Of a DNA stretch of 64,000 nt, positions 54,880 through 64,000 are shown in pieces. This stretch comes from Octopus vulgaris. Its lineage: Eukaryota. Both the position numbers and the translations under genes were made by a program. The notes beneath the pieces were generated by a model. That model did not search any database and was not told the DNA's origin. It saw only the letters and a list, made by a program, of their open reading frames with translations. Position 1 is the stretch's first letter; each line of letters starts with the position of its first letter. Location: positions 19,592,001 to 19,656,000 of the forward strand of contig OX597815.1 of the NCBI GenBank assembly GCA_951406725.2. The letters are read 5' to 3'.

Positions 54880-55160
54880 TACAGTTGCACGAAGCAGAAT
54901 TATTTGAAGAGCGACATAAAAACACAGGAGTTGCTGATGAAGAGGTATCGCAAGGCCAAATTACAAAAACGGTAGGGGTTTTCTTAGAGCATAAGAGTAT
55001 GAGAGAACAAATATGTAAACAAACAGGATAAAAGAAATACCCTAATGTGGGAACATCTTGCTCAGAAGAAACAGGGAAACCAAGTACAATTACCGATTCT
55101 AGCGGTGTTTTCCTCTGCACAAGCGATTTCCGAGAACGTGCAGATAACATTTACATGCCT
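54880..55160 (+). pseudogene. Possible decayed Tc1-like transposase N-terminus
   Basis: VSQGQITKTVGV..KQTG..GKP..T loosely resembles the Tc1 HTH/GRP region; stops present. Confidence 0.3.
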
Positions 55161-57325
55161 CCAAGTGTCACTTGCAACACAGTGATTCCTAGGAGTTATC
55201 GATAGTTCCCAAGTTGAAAGTCTAACAACACTAGAATTTCTCTGAGAATGTGGTCGATTTTATTTACCTCTAATCCTGTAGAGAATCTATCAATCAACAT
55301 ATAATCAATAGAAAAGAAGCGATCTAGAACAAAAACATTGACCCAAGATGCTCCGTGTCGATTAGTCGGCTTCGATTCTCGGTTTAATAAAATTCGTTTT
55401 GACCACAAATGCTTATGAACAAGAGACATGAATAATTTACAATCTAATTTCTGTCTCATATAAATATCTGGCATTAATATATATAAATTAGAAAAAAACA
55501 CTTATCTATTCAATAATGAAACATGAAATTATACCATTTAGAAAAATTACTTATTAAAATTACTATTATATATTATATATTATATTTTGTGAAATTTGAT
55601 TTAGTACTTCTATATTGAATTTGTCCCTGTAAGTTTGGAATAATATTCCCTCATATTATGATATATATATATATATGCTACGATATTTATCTTCTGTAGT
55701 ATTTGAATATCGGTGCCAAAGAAAGCACTTCTGTGTGATCAGTCCTTCTGATAGAAATATCTGCTAAATCTCGATCAAAACTACACTCTATTTGGTTTGT
55801 GTATCTGTGTGTATACCTGTAAGTATATGTATGTATAGCTATGTTTGCATGTGCATCTGTAAGTAGGTGTGCATGTATGTTTGGTTCGATTGTGAGGTAC
55901 TATCATTGAGAAAGACAGAAAGAGAGAGAGGGGGGCAGGAGACGGGGAAGGGAGAAAAGAAATAAAATTGAAGAAGTGGAAGAAATGTAGAACGAAAAAG
56001 CGGAGGAGGAGGACGACGAAGACGAAGATGAGGAGGAGGAGGTAGTGAGATTTTTTGACAATCATTTCCAATCAATATGTCTGCCTTTGAAATCTAACAC
56101 ACCACCAATGATCCTTTTTAACAGCAACCAATCGCAAGCACGCTTTTCCTCCTCATCTTCTCCTCCTTTCACCCATCGGTATATTCTTTTTAAATTTCTC
56201 CCTCCTTCTCCTCTCTCTTTCTCACTCGTTTTTCTTCCACTTCTAATTGTCTCCTGTTATGTTCAATCTTTCGGAGTGGTTGCTTTTACTGTTGTTGTTT
56301 TCTATTTTCCATTCCTTTACTTTCTACACATTCTTTGTCTCTCAGAAATCACTGATGAAGTCAGTCTATCTCTCTCTTCACTTTATTCTCTCTCTCTCTA
56401 TTCCAATATAATCACTCCATCCGCTAGAAATGATAGGTAATATCTCCTTGAAGCAGCAATTTTCGTGCCTATCCTCATTAAAATATTCGACAGATATTTG
56501 GATAATTTATTCCTAGCTATATATTATCTGAAGATTTTTGTGTAAAGTCTAAATTTTATACTGGAATAATGACATAAGTCGCTTACATTGATCTCAGTAC
56601 TTGACAAGTATTTAATTTTATACCAGACAACAAGCAGTGAAGAAAAGTGGCCTTCCATGATCTTCAATTCAACGTTCGTTAAATCGTGAATTCTATTCTC
56701 GGATTTGGCAGTACGTTTGTCCTCGAAAAAGACACTTCATCTTTTGTTGCTTCAGTCTAGGTAACTTGGAGTGAGTACAAATGGTAGCTGGTGATTAATC
56801 CTTCGACAAACTGGCGTCCTTTCGGAAACGTAGAGCGTTGTAATTTCTCTCACCTAAGCGATTTGAAAGTCCAGATAACCACTGTCTTCGTGAGCAAGTC
56901 TCGAGAGCAAACACATAACTAGGTACAGTCTGCTGCTTAACTGGTACTGCCAATCCCCTGCTTTATTTGGAAAGTAGTATTTAGTTCTAAGAAGCCCTTT
57001 ATCTGGAGGTCGTTCAAGGGCGATTATATCGACTTCAATACATCAATGTTACTTTATTTTATCGTCACTGGAAGGGCGAAACACGGATTCCAAACAAGTG
57101 AGATTTGAGTAAGAATGTAAATTGTGGAAACTAAATGCAAAACGGCATTTTGTTTTCCAATTTTTTTTTTTTTTTTTGGTATCACAATTACAACCAAGAT
57201 AGAGGACATCAGAACCGATACAGTAACATATAAAGATATAGTTTATGTTATTTAGTTACATCCCTTTCTATTCTCAGCTCAAACCCCAGCGAGTTCACTT
57301 TGATTTGCAATTTCTGGTGTCAATG

Positions 57326-57329
57326 ATTA

Positions 57330-57405
<76 letters not shown>
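57326..57405. repeat. (ATT)n
   Basis: Direct reading. Confidence 0.95.
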
Positions 57406-57406
<1 letters not shown>

Positions 57407-57992
57407 TCTCTACTCATGAGAACGGATCTGATTTAAACAATAGCAACAATAGATATTCAACGGGGCAATGAAGGAATACCAATGTAGCTGCCCGATCCAA
57501 CTGCTAGAAACAGCTGCTAAATTTCACATCACGTTGTAATATCTTAAAGAAAAGTATTGTATAATGTAGTCCCAAATATATCATATTTGATATCTGAAAA
57601 TAAAAAATAATAAACATTAATTCATTTATTGGTCGTAGCTGGATTATCTTTTGATCATGGATTGGTCATGGTTTAAACAAACAAAAAAATCAATAACATA
57701 TTCTCAGTACATTGTATATACGTCTCACCAACATTCTTAGTATCTTTTATTTCTTTTCTCCCTTCTCCGTCTCCTCCCCCTCTCTCTTTCTGTCTTTCTC
57801 AATGATAGTACTTCACAATCGAAATGCACCCACGAAACTTTAAATCACGTGAAGCTGAGTCAAGCTGTTATTATATGCACACACACACATATATATATAT
57901 ATATACACACATATACATTCTCTCCCTCGCCTTCTCTTTTCCAGTTTCTCTCCCTCTCTGTCTCTCTCGCTTTCTGTCTCTGTCTGTAAGTT

Positions 57993-58051
<59 letters not shown>

Positions 58052-59254
58052 TTCCCCTCCTGATATATACATATGTGTGTGTCGTAAAAAGAGGCCTCAG
58101 TATCATAGCAGAGACTAATAATATCTTATTTTGAAGAACAAAACACTGATGCGACCTGCAACCCCACCTCCGCCACATACACACATACATACATACGTAC
58201 ATACATACATACATACATACATACATACATACATACATACATACATACATACATACATACATACATACATACGTACGTACGTACACCCGTATCACACTAT
58301 TTCGGTTATAAAGAACAACACATAATTATTGCCCTACCAATCCATATTTTAAATATATTCAAGTGAAAAAGAATGTATAGATAAATATATCTGATACCTT
58401 TCTTTTTTTATTTGGTTTTGCATGGTATTTGTGTGATTGACTTCGTACCTGTTTGCCTTCGTGTCTCTGAAAATATTGAATATCAAAGACTACTGAGCAA
58501 GAAGAAATAAAATGTAGAGGATTTGTTTTGCTTTTTGTTTCTTTGCTGCTATAAACATGTGGCTTTCGTTTAGTTTTGTTCAGTTTTAAACTTTGCTCTT
58601 TCACCAAACTAGTTGAATAAGTTAAGCGCGAGCTACGCTTCATTCCAGAAAATGAAATTAGTTTACACAAAATAGGAGATGTAGTTAAAATTCGTTTAGA
58701 GCTGTAGATATATTGAATTAAAGAAACTTCTTAGGTAAGAGCGGAATAATGCGAGATGAGATAAAGTAAACAACATAATGAAGACAGAACAAAGTTGGAG
58801 TTTTACCTTATAGTTTCTATATTTCGGGCTTATGACTCCTATTTAAGAGCATGTGGACAAGCAAAGACAGGCAAAGGTCGTTGTTCAGATGTGTAGAGGA
58901 GGATAATGAGATCGGCAGAATTATCTTAATACAGATAACTCCACTGCGTTCTGTCCTCTTCCAAACATTCGGTCCATTTCTTCAGTCTGTGGTAAATTCT
59001 TCCCGCTAGTCATAGGAGCACGAATAAAGGTCTGAGACGGTTTGTTTTGCGTAAATTTCACTCAGAGAAACTTAGGTCATTCGGCGGCCATGGTAGTAGA
59101 CGTCCGAATTTAGCGTTGTAGGACCAGATTTTACAGCAAATTTATCCACTTAGCACTATCAGCGAACTTGGATTAATAATAACAATAAACATGATACAGA
59201 GCTCCGAACGTAAAAATAGCCTGTTATACACCTGTGTGTCTGTGTGTGTGTGTT

Positions 59255-59296
<42 letters not shown>

Positions 59297-59991
59297 TGTG
59301 TTTGTTTGCCTACGTGTGTGTGTGTGTACGTGTGTGCGTGTATTTGCGTGCATGCGTGAGTATGCGTATCCCTCGATAGGCTATTTGTTAAAGGCACAAA
59401 TGTAAATAATATTTCAGATTTCAAGTTAATTCTGTTTCACAACAATCCCATCTGTCCCTGAGTTACTTCAGTTATTATTTCTTTCAGTAATTATCTCCCC
59501 TTTAGGCTATTAAAACATTTCCTATCATGATAATTTTCTTACCGAATTTTACAGTAAAGAGTGTTTAAACAATTTTAGTAGAAGCCATCGGAATCACGTA
59601 TTTATTTATTTATTTATTTTAGAAATTTCTGTCGTTGTTACTTTTCTTGCTTCTGTCGTTGGTATAATTATTATTATTATTATTTTGATAAATCTATTCA
59701 GTATTCAGGAAGTGTAATACAATTAGTTTAATGGAATAATGTAATTACAAATATACGTTCCCAACCAAGTTTCTTTGATATGAGAGAGTGATTTCGAAAC
59801 ATATATACGCTTTGGCATTAAAACAAGGACACACGCACACGCACGTCGCGTACACACAAACACACACACACACACACATACACACACAAACACATACACA
59901 AACACACAATCAGAAGTACAGATACACAATGAGAAGCACAGATACACAGATATACAGACGCAAATATTTACCGATGAATATATACATATAA

Positions 59992-60022
<31 letters not shown>

Positions 60023-60129
60023 TACCCATGTATGTATATATACATATATTTATATATACATATACATATATATATATACGTAAATACATACATACATAAA
60101 TACATACATACATACATACATACATACAT

Positions 60130-60237
<108 letters not shown>

Positions 60238-60482
60238 TGGCGAAAATATATTTACATATTTTCTCTTTTCAGAAATGCACTATACTCTCTTTACAACAGA
60301 ATTCCTATAGAGTGAAACGGAGGCGCTAGCCTCTTTATAAGATTATCTCCTCATATTACACATTTAATCTCCTTAATTTATATCTGTTCACTCATACAGA
60401 CGCAAACACACACAAAGGCTTAACACATATACACACTTGCACGCACACCCAAACAGACACACAGACACACATATGTTTTTGG

Positions 60483-60526
<44 letters not shown>

Positions 60527-61428
60527 CTGTTTATAAGTATACATGCATACATACGATGTACATATATACGTACACACACATACATACATACATACATACA
60601 TACATACATACATACATACATACATACATACATACATACATACATTTTGCCTATGACAACTTACAAGAGTGCTTTTGAAATCGTTAGTCGTTAGAGCATT
60701 TAACAGATTTTTTTTTTATCACCAACGAATAAAATTTTCGTCTGCATAATACCTTTGTAAGCATAATTAAAGGAAGACAATAATTTCTTTCCCAGAGGAC
60801 CTTTAACAAATCACCAGAAGGCAAATCTGCTCACCTTGTAACACATGTTCTACATGACAAACGAATTGAACATATGCTACAAATAATATATAATGAATAT
60901 ACTTAAAGCTTGTCTAAAGAATATTTTCAGTTTTAATCTTTTGCTTACTCCTTACACTGTAAGAATAAAATAATACTCATGTGATAATCATGAATATTTT
61001 AATATATATTTATAGAATTTCTCTTCACTAAAATTATACAATTCCTGTAATGCACTCAAAGAAACCAATATTTTCATTTACAATATGCAAAATAATAACT
61101 TATCCCCCTTGAATAGTTCAATAATATATTAATCAGTAGAAATATAGTTATTCCCCTTGCCTTACAAATTTTCGCTCTAAACGATATATATTATTCTTCG
61201 TGTCTTTCTCTTGCTTGTGAGATAATTATTTTGCTAATTGTTTGTGGGTTTCTGCATTTTTTTTTTTGCCATGCTAATATATTTTGTTATTAGTATATAT
61301 TTTCTTTAATACATGTAATGGATATACAACGAATGGTGTCCAGAGTTTTGTTTTTGTAAACGTAATAACCGATGTTATTAGAATTCTATGGAACACAACT
61401 AGTCCATAATTACATATGTGTATGTACA

Positions 61429-61461
<33 letters not shown>

Positions 61462-61641
61462 ATGTGTCTATGTGTGCGTGTATGTGTGTCTTAACATGTC
61501 TTCATTAGCGTGTTTTGGGCTGCTCATTTGCATATATTTATATGTGTATGTGTGTGTGTGTGCGCGTGTGTGTATGTGTATGTGTGTATGTGTGTATATA
61601 TGTATATGTATGTGTGTATGTGTGTATATATACGTACGTAT

Positions 61642-61677
<36 letters not shown>

Positions 61678-62568
61678 TATATATATATACATATATATAT
61701 GTACAAATTTATTTATTTATACATGTACTGATATACGTGGGCAGGTGAGTCTGTATGTGTATGTGAGTTACTGTATGGTATAGATACACACACAGATAGA
61801 CACACGCGAATCTACCCCCACACTTCTGTGTGTGTGTGTGTGTATGTATGTGATGTGTGTGTGTGGTTGTGTATGTGTGTATGTGTGTGTTTGTGTGTAT
61901 GTGTGTTTCTATTATATACAATAGATACATTCTTATTACACATTAAAACTGAGTGTTTTCTAATTAAGTATTTATCGCGTCCATAGTTACATGTTTATTT
62001 TAAAATTTCATTCTAGTTATAGAGAATTAAATGTGACTTTTTTTTTTTTTGACTTACATTATATTAAATTTAGCTTCGATTAAATGTTGCAGTTTGACAC
62101 ACTGTACGTTGTAATTGGCGGTAACTACTTTATTGACACGTGCTTGTGACAGTATTCAGCCAGCTGCAGTATGACGTCGAACTAATGGACTAAGAAGGGA
62201 TGAAACTCAACCCCTTGATGGCTTCTCTTTTTGCGCCATACATCAAAGATCTATTTTCCATTAAACTGTTAAATGAGATGCCTGCAGTACCAATCGATGA
62301 CAATGCAGGCTTCTTCGAAGTATATGCAGAAACTTAACGTATTTTGTCGTTGCTAGTATTCTATACACAGTGAAACCAGATAAGATCTCAAAATAAATTT
62401 GTTATCAGAACACCGATAAGGAATTTTAACCAATGTTTTACACTTTTACACGATCATTAATGACACCACTGAATCTTGTCATATTTTGCAAATCTTTTGA
62501 TAGAGTTTATTTAAATTCAGGACCTCTTGGAAATTTTACTAAAATGTCTTAACTCTCATATATGTATT

Positions 62569-62980
62569 ACTCTCTTTTACTCTTTTACTAGTTTCAGTCA
62601 TTTGACTGCGGCCATGCTGGAGCACCGCCTTTAGTCGAGAAATTCGACCCCAGGACTTATTCCTTGTAAGCCTAGTACATATTCTATCGGTACCTTTTGC
62701 CGAACCGCTAGATTAAGGGGACGTAAACACACCTGCATCGGTTGTCAAGCGATGCTGGGGGGACAAACACAGACACACAAACACACACATATATATACAT
62801 ATACATATATACAACGGGCTTCTTTCAGTTTCCGTCTACCAAATCTACTCAGAAGGCTTTTTTTTTTGTCGGCCCGAGGCTATAGTAGAAGACACTTGCC
62901 CAAGGTGCCACGCAGTGAGACTGAACCCGAAACCATGTGGTTGTTAAGCAAGCTACTTACCACACAGCCACTCCAGCGCC
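62569..62980 (-). mobile_element. Full-length SINE, family B
   Basis: Reverse complement of the 19208/39117 copies. Confidence 0.92.
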
Positions 62981-63471
62981 ATATGTCTATTAACATTCAT
63001 AAATATATTTTTATTCAGAACGTGAATATGAAAATTGGCGGAAGAGTGTCTGTAGTATTAGGAACTTTGCCGTGGCAAGATTTTAATTCATAGGAGATGT
63101 AAGAACACAACTATAGTCTGGCTGTAACAATATTGCGAATTGGTTCTATAATTTATATTTGAGAACGGTATATACATTATTAAGTTTCGAATTGTCATCC
63201 TAATATATCTTTGTCGATTATATTTCAAATAATAGCAAGGATTAGACATTGAAAAACAGTGTGTGAGTATCCGCATCTGCTTTCGCATGCGTAAGCCTGG
63301 GCGCGTGCTCGGGAAAATATCGTGTAGGCACGATAATTATTGTCATACAGAGAGAAATTCTAGTATTTCTTATCAATGATCAGCAAATCCCTATTATGTA
63401 ATCATAAAACGTTCTAAGGTTAGTATCCCCAACGGATTTATAAAAGTATTTCCCTTTAGTACACCAACACT

Positions 63472-63995
63472 TTTCTAACTAGAAAGGGTATGGCCTGGTC
63501 AGCCTGTAATGACATGCATAAGATCTGGCCATCAAATCTAAGTAGAGACTTCAAACTTGAAATCTTCAAAGCCACAGTCGAACCAATTCTACTATATGGC
63601 TCAGAAATCTGGACGTTATCAAAGAAGCTTGAGAGGCGGTTGGATGGAACCTACACTCGCCTCCTTATGAGAGCTCAAAATCTCTCGTGGAAGCGCCATC
63701 CAACCAAAATGCAAATATATGGGAAACTACCACCTGTGTCAGCTCTTGTGTAAGGTAGGAGAGTTCAGTTTGCTGGACATTGTTGTAGAGCTGAAAAAGA
63801 GGTAATTTCTACTCTTCTCCTCTGGAAGCCATCTACTCGCAATACCAGAGGGCGCACACTTTCCTACCTTGATGTAATCTCCAGGGATACAGGTATTCAG
63901 CTACAGGACCTCCGTAATGCCATGATGGACCGTGAAGTCTGGCGTAGCATGGTAAATTCCATTGTCTCGACCACGGTCGAACAATGATAATGATG
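63472..63995 (+). mobile_element. 5'-truncated RTE-clade LINE 3' end
   Basis: AW.ACNDMHKIW..K..IFKATVEPILLYGSEIWTL..LDGTYTRLLMRAQNLSW; one in-frame TAA (63751), then RR..FAGHC.R..LLLW.P..MMDREVWR to TGA 63985-63987 and a (TGA/TAA)n tail. Confidence 0.9.
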
Positions 63996-64000
63996 AACAC

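Noticed and set aside
54934-56360. Isolated CTGATGA words (54934, 56352; also 24597)
   Set aside because: No stem II, GAAA and stem III arrangement follows them
58900-59130. Possible Tc1 DDE remnant (WPPN..) on the minus strand
   Set aside because: A single short motif with no supporting context

Overview
AT-rich, microsatellite-saturated animal non-coding DNA. The repeat complement resembles an Octopus-type cephalopod genome, which is an inference from repeat style, not a database match. No intact host gene is visible: almost all ORF-track entries are translations of (TA)n, (TATG)n, (TG)n, (AGAT)n or (AAT)n. The real coding signals are decayed transposon pieces: a Penelope-like RT, a mariner transposase, an L2/Crack-type RT end, two R4/Dong-type RLE LINEs and an RTE 3' end. 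There are at least four tRNA-derived SINE families, a non-autonomous Helitron, a piggyBac MITE and an 8-bp-TSD MITE. The most striking unannotated signal is a set of type I hammerhead ribozyme (HHR) motifs in short, mostly (TA)n-flanked insertions. These include one fully canonical motif (10936-11006), one inside a 364-bp retrozyme/pLTR-like repeat unit (50193-50250), several recurrent core variants (U4C, A6U, compensatory U3-A8), and a cluster of about five HHR-like cassettes at 49.36-50.93 kb. All folds were paired by eye and no activity is demonstrated. A few weak candidate exons are also noted.
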